Part shown: positions 1 to 13,818 of the stretch, one piece after another | Position numbering within the stretch: the first letter of the stretch is position 1 | Layout of the letters: each line of letters opens with the position of its first letter | Assembly: GCA_002633005.1 (NCBI GenBank) | Contig: NMRA01000493.1 | Coordinates: forward strand, 261,140-325,139 | Source: Phoronis australis | Taxonomy: Eukaryota > Animalia > Phoronida | DNA length: 64,000 nt | Reading direction: 5' to 3' | Notes under the pieces: model-generated | What the model saw: only the letters and a program-made list of their open reading frames with translations | The model's database searches: none | What the model was told of the DNA's origin: nothing | Translations under genes and position numbers: made by a program

Positions 1-871
1 GTATGCGATCAAATTTTTAGCTTGAAAGTTCTCAGACTTGGTGACCAGGGGTCCGCTCCAAGAAAACAGATTTAGCTAAGACAAATAATCCTAGAGCTTT
101 TAGGGCATGAAAGGTAACCAATATTCTTTGGTGCCACAGTGCTCTAAGGGTATCCTCATGCTTGAAAATGGTCGTCTGGCAGGTTTGCACTGGTGGGTGT
201 AGTCAGGGGAGCCAAGAGAATGACACTCAAAAATTGAGTTAGATCAACTTGTCTGGTAGCCACTGAAAACTGCCCACAATATGTACTACGTTGCTGTATC
301 AAAATTGGTCACTGCCAGACAATTTCAGTGGTGGAGAGTAACAACAGGGTATAAACGGGGTAAAAACTTGAGGAAGATCAATCGAAGAAGTAACCGCATG
401 AAACCAGTTGCAAAATATTCACTGCGAGCCCATGTACTACGAATAAACACTGTCAGACAACTCTAGTGGTGGGTTTAGCTACATGTACGCCAGACACGCC
501 CAAATACCCGAGGTGAGGTAGATCAACCCACCAGGTAACCGCTTGAAACCAATTGCACGACGTCCAGCATCACTGCACATGGCACAATAGTAAGATGCCA
601 GACAGTTTCGGTGATAGGGTGTCCCTGCCAGACGATTATAAAAAGGACTAAAATTTGAGCTAAATCAAACCACAGGCACAATCATATATCTGAGTTGAGC
701 TACTTATAGATTTACCCGCCAGGTAACTCTTTGAAACCATTTACATAACGTCCAGCAATACTCCACATGCAACAAAAGGTACCTTACAGACAATTTCAGC
801 GGTGGGGCAGTAGCATGCAGAAGTCTGGTCGATGTACTGGCGACTTTTTATTCGACGCCCCCCTCTCCCTA
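1..871. repeat. Degenerate ~140-bp subrepeat array, probably the terminal region of a DNA transposon ending ...CCCTCTCCCTA
   Basis: Recurrent tagatcaac-like motif (240, 376, 519, 661) and tgccagacaattt-like motif (313, 451, 596, 785). Family uncertain. Confidence 0.35.
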
Positions 872-2016
872 CCCAAATGTATCTATCCTAGTAATAATAA
901 AAATAAAAATGTGACACATAACCTAGAATGGTCATTTAATTCAACTTTTAATCAGTCACGACTTCGACAAAAATTATACGTAGTGGTTGGATACTCCCCT
1001 CCCCTCATGTGGATGCCCGGGCCGTCGCCATAATTACTGACAACCATATACAACATCAGATGAATAATCAATTTGAACGTGTTTTATTTGCACTATGTAG
1101 ACATCGAACGAACAGTTCTATATTGCCGGCGATAATTCTCCAAAATCCACTCGGGCTCTAGACAACGGGGGATAACGACTTCGCCATGTAATAATCTATG
1201 TATACACAGCTCTATGCATCAGAGGTCAACACTGTGGCAAATTCATTTCATTCACAATTCAACAATTTAACAAAAATCCATAGTGCTCAATTGCATTTCA
1301 AAAGCGTTCATAACTGTATACTTTAATTCAACTGAAGGTTTTAAAATGCGCTTGGCTTTACAAAACAATCATCTAACTCTTGTCAAGTTGACTTTCTTGT
1401 TTTTGAATGGGAATTTTGAAACAAATTATTACTTTAATGCAGGTTCTGTTAATTAGAATAGGTTTCTTTTATATTAGCTCTTGCACGTTGCCTTTCCCAC
1501 ACCACCGTTTTCTGATTGCATCATTGAACTCCTTCACAACTGCTTTCTGTCTTTCTTTGAACTCAGGTTTATGTTGACAAAACCTTTTGTTTTCTGAATA
1601 ACAAAATTAAATGTTAAAATGCACTATATTTTCCATTTGTTAGCTGCCAGCAAGTAGTGCAAAAAGTTGGAATTAGGACTTCGATGCTAATCTAGCCGGT
1701 CACGTAATATTCATTAACGTGATAAGGGTAACAAAATGTTTTTAAACCTACAGTGACGCAAGAAACTGCATAGGATTGGGGTTGTCCAAACCTAAACGTT
1801 GGAATTTGTACACATTGTTTATAATTCAGAAATGGGATACTGTAATGCCAAGGATCATTATGAGATTGATTTTGTGAAAGTAAAATGCTTAATTTGTTTT
1901 CTTAGTCAGCTAAAGAGGGCAAAATGCAGCTTTAAAGATAATGCATGTACATTGATGGATGTCAAACAGACTGGTGAATTATTATGTGATAACTCTTGAA
2001 GGAAGAGTACATGCTC

Positions 2017-2385
2017 TGTTGTAGCTGGGGTTTCACTAGGAGGAAGCAAACTTACAGAAATGAAATCTCAATTACGAAAATATGATTTTCTAAAATTCCC
2101 TCATGTATTTAAACAAATGAGATATCAGAAAAATAGGCAGGAAGAATAAAATAACTGACTGCAACAGACGAGCGTGGTAATGGTTATGAAACCTCAAATA
2201 GCTTCAGTTTAGAATTCTTTAAGAGCACGTGAAATGAAATTTAACCGTAAAGAACATGCAAGAAATGCTATGTTTTTGTAATAGAAAGAAGCAGAAACGT
2301 ATAAAAGAAATGTAAAATATATTGACAGGAATTAAAAATGGCGTCACAAAAGGATGACGTCATAGAAAACTATAACATCACAACA
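2017..2385 (-). repeat. 3' LTR of the decayed Gypsy element
   Basis: TGTTGT...ACAACA inverted termini; directly follows polypurine tract aaggcggggagg on the minus strand. Confidence 0.75.
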
Positions 2386-5300
2386 CCTCCCCGCCTTATT
2401 GAATGAAAGCTTGTTTTTTTAAGTCTCTCAGACCTTCTCAAGTTGTGTGGCCCATATTCATTTTCCATTGGAAGTCGTGGGTTTGGGCGCTTCTTCTCTT
2501 CCAATTTTCTCGTTTGCATATCTGTTGCCGTAGTTGCATTCTCTTCATTCCTTGCTTGTCTGTCATCTGTATCGGATTCTCCAATTGACAAAAATGGGGT
2601 ATCTCCAGGATCTGTATCTTCTTCAGAACAATACCTTGGTCTCAACTGATCGATATGACGATGTCATATTGCACCACTTGGCACGACATTCCCTTTGATA
2701 TAACGTGGACCCATAACCCGGGCCACCACAGCAGGAAGCCAGCCAGCTAGCTGTATGATGACTGTCGTCAAAAAATATTTATATATACAGCTTTGTACCA
2801 AGGCTACACAGCAGGTACCCAGCGAGGGTCCCTACTTTGACGAGGCCCATAGCTCAAGGCATAACATGGCATTCCAATGGTATACATATGAGTCTTTGAC
2901 ACTGTTTGATAGGACTCAGCAATTTGTGGTTTCGCAGCATTTCTTGACTGCTTCCCTTGCGCTACATGAGCAGGTGAAGGACGTAAGCTGTCTAGCTTAC
3001 AACGAATTTGTCTTCCATTTAATTGTTCGCTTGGAGAATAACCAGAATCTAGAGGTGTACGACGATATAAAAACTCTTGTAACGCTGCTTTTGGCAACAA
3101 ATAAGATTTCCGCAGAGATTGCTTGAAAGTCTGTACCAAACGCTCTGCTGCTCCATTTGTAGCTGGATGGTATGGGGCACCTGTAAGGTGTAAAATACCA
3201 CGTTCTTGGCACCAAGCCTGGAATTCTTCAGAGTAAAACGTTGCTGCATTATCAGTCACTAACGTGTGAGGATAACCAAAATGCGAAAACTCTCTTTCAA
3301 GCAATTCCGTTGTTGTTTTTGTTGACAGTGAACATGTTGGCTGTATACATGGGTATTTAGAATACGCATCTACCATGACCAACCAGTTTGTTCCAAGGCA
3401 GTTTATGGCATGATCAACATGAACACGGCTCCATGGCTTTTCGGGTAGCATCCATGGATGAATAGCTGCTTTCAGTGATCTGTTTTGATGTTCAGCACAA
3501 GCCGTGCAATGACGTACCAGTTCGTCAATATCCTCGTTAATATGTGGCCAATAAACCACTGTCCGTGCTAGTTGCTTCATTCTCTGAATTCCGAAATGGC
3601 CAATATGAAGCAGATCCAACACCTGTTTTCGTAATCTCTTTGGAATAACTGTCCGTGTACCATGAAGTATCTTTCAATTTTCTGAAAAATTTCAATTCTT
3701 CGGAATCCATAGAAACTGGCCAACATTCTATGGCATATCTCATTGCTTTAGAAATTTCAGAATCCTTGCTAGATTCTTTATTAAGCAATTTAGAGTTAAC
3801 AGGGATCAATTGTAGACTTACTTGCTCAACAGAACAGACCACATTCACGTCTGCTTGTTTTTCATCCCTGTCGAATTTTGGATCCTTACCGCAGGTTAAG
3901 CGACTCAATGCATCTGCATTAGAATGATCAGACGTTTTCCGATACTCTATTGTGTATTCATACTGGCTAAGATGTAACGCCCATATTGCTAGTCGATTAG
4001 CAGCCATAGCTGGAAGATAGAAACTAAAGGTTTGTGATCAGTTATCAAAATGAAACGTCTTCCGAAAAGAAATTGGTGAAATTTCTTTAGTGCAAAAACA
4101 ATTGCCAGAGCCTCACGTTGGATTTGACTGTACCTCCTTTGAGTGTCCGTGAGAATCTTTGAAACATTGGCAATCGGACGTTCACTACCATCAGGATAGC
4201 GATAAAATACAACGACTCCAATCCCAACATTAGAAGCTTCACATGAAATTCCCAACTGTTGTTTAGGATAGAAATGAGCCAGAACTGCATCTGTACAAAG
4301 TATTTCTTTTAAACGATGAAAAACTGCATTCTCCTCAGCTCCCCATTTCCATGACACATCTTTGTGCGTCAAATGGCTCAGACTAGCAATCAAGGTAGAT
4401 AAGTTCGGAATGAACTTTCCATAAAATTAAAAACAGATCCAAGGAACAAACGTAGACGAGAAACATCTGATGGGGCTGGCATTTTCAAAACAACGTCGAC
4501 TTTGCTACCTTTTTAGTGACCTAAGTATTCTACGGTTTGCTGACCAAATGAGCATTTTTCCAAGCGACATCTCATTCCATTGTCTTGCAAATGCTGGAGT
4601 AGGTTTCCTAGATTCTGAAGATGTTCTTCTGCGTTGCTTACTAAAATATCATCCAAGTATACAACCACGCCATTTAAATCGCTAATTAATTTGTCCATGA
4701 TATCCTGGAAATAACCAGGGGCTGAACTAATCCCAAATGGCAATCTCTTCTGTAGAACTCCACGATGTGTGGATAGTGCCAGACGTCTCTGACTTTCCGA
4801 GGTTAATTTAAACTGATTATACGCATCAGCCAAGTAAATTTTCGTGAAATAAAAGCCACCACTGAGCTTTCGCATACGATCTTCAGGCAGGAGTAGCGGA
4901 TGACGATGAGTTTCAAGCTGATGATTTATCGTAACTGAGTAATTTCCGCATACTCTTCATTTCCGTTTACTTTGGCCAGGAAACGGTGCTTTTCTTATAA
5001 GGACAACTGGTGTTCCATATTCGTTGAATTGTGTAGGTTCCCAAATTCCACGTTTAATACCAGCATCCTATGCCAGATTCAAGTCATCCAGTAATGCAAA
5101 AGGTACTGTGCGAGGTTTGCAAAATAATGGTTGACATCAGGCTTGAATTTTGCATCTGATTCGAAACCTTTTAAATATCTCAGTTTAGGTTTGAATAGGT
5201 CTGGAAATTCATCGCAGATGATTTTGCACGCGTGCTGAAACTCTACATCACTTTTCTTGTCCTCATAACGAGCAACACCAACTTAGTCATTTTGGTTGTC

Positions 5301-6090
5301 ATGACGCAAAATGGAATTCCTACATACAAAGTGCAGTGATATCACTCTTTAGCTGTCGAACTGCCGTTCGGCCAACAATATTCAAATCGTGTTTGCTTAC
5401 TACTAATTCAATATTTGCTGTATGCTGCGAATCGGACTGTAATATTGTGTTTGTACTGAAAATTCCCAAAACTGGTAATGCTTTTTCATTTGCCGCGAAA
5501 TAATGACTGCGTGATGGAGATAAAACAGGTTTTGCAAGTTTAAACCGAACCCTCTCCGAAATCAAATTGTCCGGTGATCCAGTATCTACGTCAAATATCT
5601 GTTTTTTGCCGCATATGTGAACAACAATCTGAATTGGATCTCGATCCGAAATGTGATTAAGTTTCTGTTCTGGCCTTGCTAAAATACTGCTTACTTTAGC
5701 CTATTCCTAGCCTTTCTTTTGCTTAAACAAACAGCCTCTATATGACCTTTCTTGTGACAGAAACGGCATTCAGTCCCTTTAAAACGACAATCCATTGCCG
5801 CGTGGTCTTTTTTCCACAACGGGGACATGTTCCTTTTGGAAAATCCCTAAACTTCTGTGCTTTGCCCTACTTGCTTTCTTCCCTTTTTTCTTTTGTAACT
5901 TAAATACGGGATCTCCTTAAACCGTTTCTTTTGCAACTTTGGACGACTCTTCAATTTCTGCTGCTAGTTCTGTGGCTTTCTTAAAAGATAATTCGTCATC
6001 TTTTATTTTGAAAAGGGCTTTTAGGACCGCCTCATTACTAATTGAACAAATCAATCTAGTTCTCATAGCTTTATCCTGAGGATCCTTTAT
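2017..6090 (-). mobile_element. Degenerate Gypsy LTR retrotransposon (Mag/K02A2.6-like), 5'-truncated
   Basis: Frameshifted gag Zn knuckles (CPRCGKKDH..C, CRFCHKKGH), protease DTGS, RT YLDD, RNase H (TDHKPL), integrase (H..HFG..C..C, VHVD, TDNA, GAAER), PPT at 2386-2397 and a 3' LTR. Confidence 0.92.
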
Positions 6091-6357
6091 TGTTGGATAA
6101 CGTAGAAAATATATCTGAAACTAAATAAGGCGATCCAGATCCTCCCAAGGATACTATTGTTTCATGAAATGAAGAATATAAATCGGTAAATAAAACAACA
6201 AGAATGGATCAACTGAAATTTGAAATTTTCGGATGTAACAACTTCCTTTATCAACAAAAACAGAAATAAAGTAAAATCAAACACAAAATGACAATTGACA
6301 TATAAGATATGGTGTAATGAAAATGATACATTTTTGCGTAAAAAATTCATTGGATAG

Positions 6358-6653
6358 AACATTTTTTATACCTTATAACTTGTAAAAAATGTTCTATCCA
6401 ATTCGTAGGACAAACTCAACATAATCTACAAACTCGGTTTCGTAATCATAGATTTAACATAATACATAAAAACAATTCTGATACTATAGGTAATCATTTC
6501 AATTCCAAAAACCATAATATTCAAGATCTTTCTGTACAAATAATAGAAAAACTCCAACACCCCAGTACCCCTCACAGACATAAAAGAGAACAATATTGGA
6601 TAGACAAACTTAATACAATAGAACCTCATGGATTGAACATAAAAACTTCTTAA
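6358..6653 (+). mobile_element. Penelope-like element GIY-YIG endonuclease fragment (Neptune/Naiad-type)
   Basis: NIFY/ITCKKCSIQFVGQTQHNLQTRFRNHR...IGNHFNSKNH...QIIEK...KREQYWIDKLNTIEPHGLN*, one frameshift; short inverted duplications on the flanks (6327-6350 vs 6664-6688). Confidence 0.85.
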
Positions 6654-7778
6654 AATATGTCATTGAATTTTTTACGCAAAAATGTATTGGCCATTTTTTC
6701 AATATTTCAGATGTATTTAGCAAAATGCCTTATCTTCATTCTCGGGGAACTTCAAATACTAAACATAAACCGCGTAGCGGGAAAATATTTAGCAGAACCA
6801 CCTTGGAACAGCACAACCACGTGGATAGCTTACTACTTATCCAAGGTCAAAGGTTACAAAGGGTTATTTTGCTATGAATGTACCTCTCTTAAAAATGAAA
6901 TTTTGGCTTAAAAAGGTGTTTACGTAATAATAATAATGGTACATAAATATACAAATATTTTCATATTCCCTGAACTTTTTTCTTTCAGAAAACATATACT
7001 ACTTGACAAAGCGTAGTTTTTCGATACACTAGTTACAATGGAGGCCACTAACTAAGGTTTGAGATAACCTTTGGATATTTCAGGCTAATTTCTCGTCTCG
7101 GTCACTGCATAATCTAAATTAGCTAAGAACACAACATATAGCGATGATGCGAATATGAAATAGGTTGAAAATTGCCAAATGTTTTTGAGAACGTTTTTGT
7201 GGCAAAAACCACTAAACCGTGTCCAGTAAGTATCGTCCCGTGGTGCTGGGGATTAACACAGCATGACGCTACTTGGACTCGCAAGGTATATCATTAGCGC
7301 AAAGGTCACCTATTTGCAAAATTGTTTTCACGTTTACAAATTGTCACTGAAAACAACTTTTACTGCACTTTGTTAAGCGTGCGTGGATCATGTTAAATAG
7401 CATCGTTGTTTAGTCCCTGCTATATATTAGCACACATCTAGTTAAGAGTTTAGAAAGTCGTCTAGTTAAGAGAATGCAAATTCATCTCTGAAGCCCCATG
7501 CAAAGCCGCCTTTGAAAGGAATTTTCTTGGTTCATGTTCAGGGATGAAGTACTTTTTTAATACGAGTATTTACATACCTTATTACAAATGCTAAAACCCT
7601 AGACTGAATAGAGTTGACTGAGCGATTGCTTCATCAGAATGATTCCACGAACTTGATTTACTTGCGTTTGAATTTTGCAATATCAGTTCTACCGATAGCA
7701 TTTAATTCTCGTTGAAGTTCGAGACACTGGTCCCTACTGTGGCTGTGTGCTGTACGCCGGCTGACCAAGAAAGGACGC

Positions 7779-7960
7779 TATATCTGCGGGAGCACGACAG
7801 GTGTACACAGGTACTAAACTGATCTGCGCGTGCACAAGTGTACACCGTAGGCACTGTATCTGCGCGAGCCCGACAGGTGTATTCAGGCACTATATCTCCG
7901 AGTGCACTACAGGTGTAAACAAGCTCTATATCTGCGCGTGCACGACAGGTGTACTCAGGC
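7779..7960. repeat. ~37-40-bp minisatellite, ~4.5 copies
   Basis: Unit tatatctgcgcg(a/t)gcacgacaggtgta... Confidence 0.8.
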
Positions 7961-8555
7961 AATCATGGTTGATAAATTTTATCATAAAACAGATTAATTT
8001 CTATTATTTCTACGAATGATAAGAATTTTCTAAGTTGTTAAGAATTAATATTAACGATTGGTGTAATGTAAGATCTAAGTTTTCTCATCAGTCCTAGTAA
8101 GTTATACAAATTCTTGTCACTGACCGAAAACGATCCTAAGAATAATGCTGTAAACGATGATTAGACTGATATATGTGAACGATTACCAGTCTCCTTAGAA
8201 TTCACATCAACCAAAATGGAGGTGAAACACTTTTACACTTAGCATTACATATTCTAAGTTTAGAAATATGATTAAGACCGTGAAGGCGACGAAGAGTACA
8301 CAATGTCTAGCTTTTCTGTTACGAGCAAGTTCACAAAGATTGACGGTAAGTATAAGGGGCAAAACTAAGCCTTTGAACTAGCATGGAGCAATGAATAGTG
8401 CACACATATAGCTAGGATGGAGTTAAATTTGTCTCGTGCGGAAACCTCTCCGGAGGGGGAGAGGGGGAGGGAGAGGCAACACAACAATTCGTGATGATCG
8501 GCACTAAAAATTGTGGCACCAGAAATATTCATTCATTGAAGTAAGTCAGGCTAAC

Positions 8556-8705
8556 CAGTGGCGGATTTAGAAGGGAACCATGGCCCCCCCTTAAACTCTC
8601 CCTGATTCCATTTGGCAATTCGGGGGGTGCGAATGTCTGACGGGCAAAATCCTGGCTAATACTCTGACCTGGCCCCCCAAACTAAGAATCCTGAATCCGC
8701 CCCTA
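8556..8705. mobile_element. MITE with CAG..CTG-type termini and 5-bp TSD (hAT5-like)
   Basis: cagtggcggattt...aatccgccccta flanked by CTAAC/CTAAC; related to the copies at 12265 and 55592. Confidence 0.7.
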
Positions 8706-9178
8706 CTAACGCGTCTTTATTAATAATCCACTGGTGCCACCTGCTGCCCCGAATTGCTGCTCCAGTTCAATCCCGTCCTGCAGCCATTCTATTGATGAGT
8801 TTCTGTAATTACATCACGTTTTGCCTCTTAATAGTTGCTAAACATAAATTGAAACATTAGAACGTTCTAGAAACCATGTGTAGTTAGTTGTCGCAACAAG
8901 AGGGGGTTCCATATATCAAACTCGACAAATACCCTTGGTGTTAGCGCATTAAATTTTGGAATTAAATGCTGAATGACGTCAAAAAGAACATGTGTCTTAA
9001 AACCCTAAGCAATATTGCCACGAGTCAAAGTTTAATATTAAAACCCTACGCAATATTGCCACGAGTCAAAGTTTATTAATTCTGTTAAAACTAATGATTG
9101 CTTAAAGGTATTTCATTAAACACAATATACATCCATTGACTGGTCTTGGTGTATTACAAGCTTCACGAATACATAGAG

Positions 9179-9318
9179 AATCCTACCCTCGTCTCAGGTT
9201 TATGACAAGTGCAAAGCCTCTTGGAAATTTCGTCATAATCCCAAGACTTGCCGAAAGATTTTGACCAAATTTCCAAGAGGTTTTGCCCATGTCATAAATC
9301 TCAGACGAATGTAGGATT
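9179..9318. repeat. ~140-bp imperfect palindrome, probably the end of a non-autonomous element
   Basis: aatcctac..tttatgaca..cctcttggaaattt pairs with aaatttccaagagg..tgtcataaa..gtaggatt. Confidence 0.7.
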
Positions 9319-10019
9319 TGTTTTCTCACATGAACCGTAAAAAAGATCTTTTCTGTCGAAAAACTCGACGTGTCTAAAACTTACAACCACATCCCGCAAC
9401 TTTTGTAAAAACACGCTTTGGCAAAGTAAATTGCGTTCAGCTTTCATATCAAATATTCAAATTAGAATCTAATAAATAGTCTTTGAAGTTGTAATATTAA
9501 AACTTAAAAAATGTAGATAAACTGTTACAACAGTCAGCAAGACTTCCCCGAGCGTGAGCACTAAATTGACCTTGAGACAGCATAGCTACGGTCTCGCCGC
9601 GTTTCTTGAGTTGGGGATCATCTCCGTTTGAATGAACGTGGATATGGAATTCGCCGCCCAAGATGTGCCCGTTTAAGAAGTTGCTAGAATGTCCATCCGA
9701 CTGGGAGTACGTACAGTTGCGACAAGCGATTTGTCAATCATAACCTTATCACATTCTCGGAATTCCGGCATTGTTTGGTTGGCGCGCGTTTCGTTGTTTT
9801 AGTGTTTTGCAGACGACAAAATGTAAGGCGTATGGATTTCTACTTTGCACTACATTGTGATTCCCCCATGTAATATAAAAATGCGTACTCGGTGAAAACA
9901 AAATTGAAAAAAAAATATAAAAAGCGTTCGTCTCGCCCCCTTGTTAGATGAATTACAGGTTCTGTTTTCTATTTTTTGTTTATACTGATTGTCTTTACCA
10001 TAGATATAAAGACGCTTTA

Positions 10020-10350
10020 TATAGACACTGTATCCATGATCATGACAATCAATATAGAATAGCGCGTTACATAGGCCTATATAGCCACTCTGAATCCATG
10101 GTCATGACCAGAAATATAGAATAGCGGTACATACATGTATGTAGACACTCTATATCCATGGTCATGACCATAAATATAGAATAGCGGTACATATGTAGGC
10201 CCTCTATATCCATGGTCATGACCATAAATATAGAATAGCGGTACATATGTAGGCACTCTATATCCATGGTCATAACCATAAATATAGAATAGCGGTACAT
10301 ATGTAGGCACTCTATATCCATGGTCATAACCATAAATATAGAATAGCGCG
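10020..10350. repeat. 57-bp minisatellite, ~5.5 copies
   Basis: Unit atatccatggtcatgaccataaatatagaatagcggtacatatgtaggcactct; gives 19-aa periodic spurious ORFs. Confidence 0.92.
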
Positions 10351-10482
10351 CTATCCACACCCTATATCTATAAGTCATGTAAAGTAATCAAGTTTTTTAA
10401 TAATCTTAATACAAACTCCTACTACGAATATAATGAACGTCATTTTCTTCATTGACAGTGGACTGAGATAATAACAATGACC

Positions 10483-10781
10483 CAGTGGCGGATCTAGGAT
10501 ACCATAAGGGGGGGCCAACACGTTGCCTCGGAGGATTGGGCAAAGCGATGGTATGCACATGCGGCCCGAAAGTTGCGAGGGCTGCCGATGTGGAACTGTT
10601 GTTCCCAAATTCTATCAGAGGACTAAAAAAACAAAAAACGGGAACACAATTCCGCCGCGCCCCTCATCCGCTGCCTTTTCTAGTTGGTGAACTCGGTAAC
10701 CCAATATTACCTCACGCTTCACGCTGTTGCTGTTTAATTTTCCTTGCACCAGCCAAGGGGGGGGGCCTAAATCCGCCTATG
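10483..10781. mobile_element. hAT5-like MITE copy
   Basis: cagtggcggatctagg...cctaaatccgcctatg; TSD TGACC/TGTCC. Confidence 0.7.
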
Positions 10782-10888
10782 TGTCCTTCAATAATGTGAG
10801 CGAAAACACCCTTAAGCATTCATTATTTATAAGCAGGTGACGTACACATGTAATGTAATGTAATATTCCAACCGTCTGACATGCACTG

Positions 10889-11018
10889 TATATAAAACCC
10901 ATGAAGTTGATTTGAAAGTGGACAAAGCAAGATTGGTGACAAGCCAGAAAAGATACATTGCGAAGGAAACACCTAAAAGGTAAAAATGAACAAGTTTTTC
11001 TTATTTGTGTTTGCTTTT
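10889..11018 (+). promoter_or_regulatory. Candidate TATA box and first exon of the secreted-peptide gene
   Basis: TATATAAAA at 10889; donors AAG|GTAAAA (10979/10980) and TTT|GTAAGT (11018/11019, after MNKFFLFVFAF). The link to the 14641 acceptor is inferred. Confidence 0.4.
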
Positions 11019-11629
11019 GTAAGTTAACATTTAATACATTTCTAAACTAAAGTAGTCTGTTTAACTTTTTTCCTCTAATAATTTCCAAGAAATTGAGAAA
11101 TGAACATTTAAATAATTTTTACTGTCATGCCTTCTGAAAAAGATTCCAGGCAATTTCATCATACGTGTCTTCAGGATTTTATCCCATGGATAGAGAGCAT
11201 AGTATTACGAAAAAGTGTTAAAGAAAATTGCTTACTGAAGTTCCGCGTAATGGTGCCCTTGCGAAATACTTTTGCACACGGCTTGATTGGAGTATGCAAA
11301 ATTGGTTTAAATGTTCTCGTATTCACGGAGGATGAACGTAACTTGTACATCATTGATTGAATCACACAGGTCAATATATATCATATATTATCGTTTCGAA
11401 GGAAATTAACGAAATGTTTCGTTGACCAATCCATCTAATTAATCTTACCAATAAAACCTGTGAAAATTCCAGCAAACAAAATAAGTAATTAAAATAAAAT
11501 CGCCAGATAAATATAAATGTGCATGTATATTTAGGTCAAAATTTCCCCCGAAAGGTGTGGTTTGGCCTCACCTGACATCATCACAAAACCGCTGGGCTGT
11601 TCGGTTTTATTATTCACTTAACCTGTTCA

Positions 11630-12030
11630 TGGAACGATTGGAGCATGTCCGTGGCTTTATCCATTCTGCTCAGAAGCAGGCGGCCACACTTATTCTCTGT
11701 GTGCCTTTTAACACTCCACCAACTCATATGTTTAAGAGACTGGGATGGCTGCCTGTAGACAAATAGGCGTTTATGTAGGAGACATATGTGTTTTCACAAT
11801 GATAATGTACCAGCTTATTTATCTGGTACCGGCAACTTATTACTCGTTCGAAACAGCCACCAAATCATGACCAAACTTTCTTCCTCAAATAATTTTGTTG
11901 TGCCTAGACACAGAACTTCGTTCATCTAAGTCCTTTTTATTCAAACCATTCGACCATGGAACGATTTATCAAATAGCCTAATGGTGGCATATTGTTATGA
12001 TGACTTCAGACACAAACTCATCAATTACGT
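11630..12030 (+). mobile_element. Degenerate CR1/L2-type LINE 3' fragment
   Basis: QKQAATLIL..P.THMFKRLGWLPV..., followed by FVVPRHRT and TIRPWNDL-like remnants. Confidence 0.55.
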
Positions 12031-12264
12031 GTGAATGTGGTGATCATAGCTGTCCTTCCCTACGTTTTCAGTCATTTCATTGTATATACCATATAATCGT
12101 TTTAATTTATTTTTAATTTAATTTGTAAATTTAAATTGTCAATATTAATTAATTTGGTTATTTAAAACGTTAAACTGAAACCTGAAATAATACGAATTTC
12201 CTCCATCACTCACCAGTTACAGATAAGGTCTTCATTGGCCTCGGTGTCTCTCTTGGCACAACCG

Positions 12265-12425
12265 CTGGGGCGGATACAGGATTTATAGTTGGTGGGGGGG
12301 GGCAGGGCAGAATATTAGCCAGGATTTTGCCCGTCAGACATTCGCATCTTCGAATTGCCAAACGGAATCTGTGAGAGTTTTAGGGGAACCATGGCCCCCT
12401 TGGCCGCCCTTTAAATCCGCCCCTG
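12265..12425. mobile_element. hAT5-like MITE copy
   Basis: Reverse-complement similarity to 8556-8705; ends aatccgcccctg. Confidence 0.65.
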
Positions 12426-13080
12426 GAACCAACGGGCACTAATTTCATAAATGACATTGTTGCAAAAAACAATTAACACTTTTTTGCATCGTTCACTATA
12501 TGCCACAGACGGACAAAATTTACCTGGCAAAAGTTCTGAAACAAACATAAGCAAATAGTAGAATACTAAACTCTGGAACAAGAGACTCTTAATTCAGCTT
12601 TAGCATAGAATTAACTCCAATTAGAACAACTCAGTATTTAATAAACACATTCCTGTAATTTCTTATTGAAACGAATTAAGGGCTTTTTTCTTAGTTCATT
12701 ACATCAGTAGCATAAAAGCACGTTTTGTGTTTACTATCCTACAGCCTAAAGAATGTGTTTAATCAACGAAACAATTTCACTGAACTGTGTTGTATCTAAA
12801 TGAACGTGACAATGATTCAGCTTCAGCTACTACCCGTTGTTAAAAGACGCATGTGGTTAATTCCAGATAGGCGGAGCTTTACATATGGGAATATGAGCCT
12901 AAACACTTACATATAAAGTAATACTTTAGACACAGGAACACATGTCAGTGGTTTGAATATGACCAGCTTTATGCACTGTAGCTCTGGTTGTGTGAATCTT
13001 CTCTTACGACTTGAACATGAGTAATACTTAGTCATGAAAAGTCGTTGATGCAAAAGTAGTTTAGGGGTCTAAACCTTTAA

Positions 13081-13390
13081 AGGAGAATGCCACCCAAAAA
13101 GAACCTATTTTGTATCAATTTAGATTGAGTAGTTCCACTCGATAACAGCAAGTACAGTTCTTTTACCTGACAATTAACTGGCAGCAGATGGAGGTGTTGA
13201 AATAAACCAATGACGACACAGGTTCGAACGCAGTTCAGTGGTTCACAACACGCTTACTGGTGTCAGCTTATCGCTTGAATTCGATATGAAACCCTTACAA
13301 ACACATCGAGTTCTTGAACAAATGTGTTGTTTTATTTCGCTGTTTCGGATTTATAGGTATTTGAACGTACCGCAGCCTACAAAGTTCGAT
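13081..13390 (+). mobile_element. Left-end fragment of the Kolobok-like family
   Basis: TTAA|AGGAGAATGCCACC and ~300 bp similar to 19477-19800. Confidence 0.7.
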
Positions 13391-13470
13391 GCCGGCCAAT
13401 GACCAAAGTCAGTCGCGGAAGTTTGTAGTTGTTTAAGCGCCCCGTTTCAGTATGAAGCGCTTCGGTCGAA

Positions 13471-13818
13471 GGTCATAGATCCGAAATGTAACGTCAACGG
13501 TCACGTGTGATGGATGCAACTGAAAGGACCATCATCCGCCTACCGGACAGAATCGACAATGACGTCACACCTCATTACGTAATAGGTTTAATTGGACCCG
13601 TTAGAAAGGGACCTCTATCAAAAGTCAAGCTCTGTTTTATGAGGCGTCTCGATCACAGGTCATAGATCCGAAATGAAACGTCAACTGTCACGTGTGACGG
13701 GTGCAACCGAAAGGGCCATCATCCGCCTACCGGACGGAGAAGACAATGACGTCACACCTTGTTACGTAATAGGTTTAATTGGACCCGTTAGATAGGGACC
13801 TCGAAACAAAGTCAAGGT
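13471..13818. repeat. 187-bp tandem duplication
   Basis: ggtcatagatccgaaatg... at 13471 and 13658. Confidence 0.88.

Noticed and set aside
10067-10378. Periodic-protein ORFs (also 18860-19270 and 35512-35802)
   Set aside because: Translations of minisatellites, open in several frames, no splice or homology support
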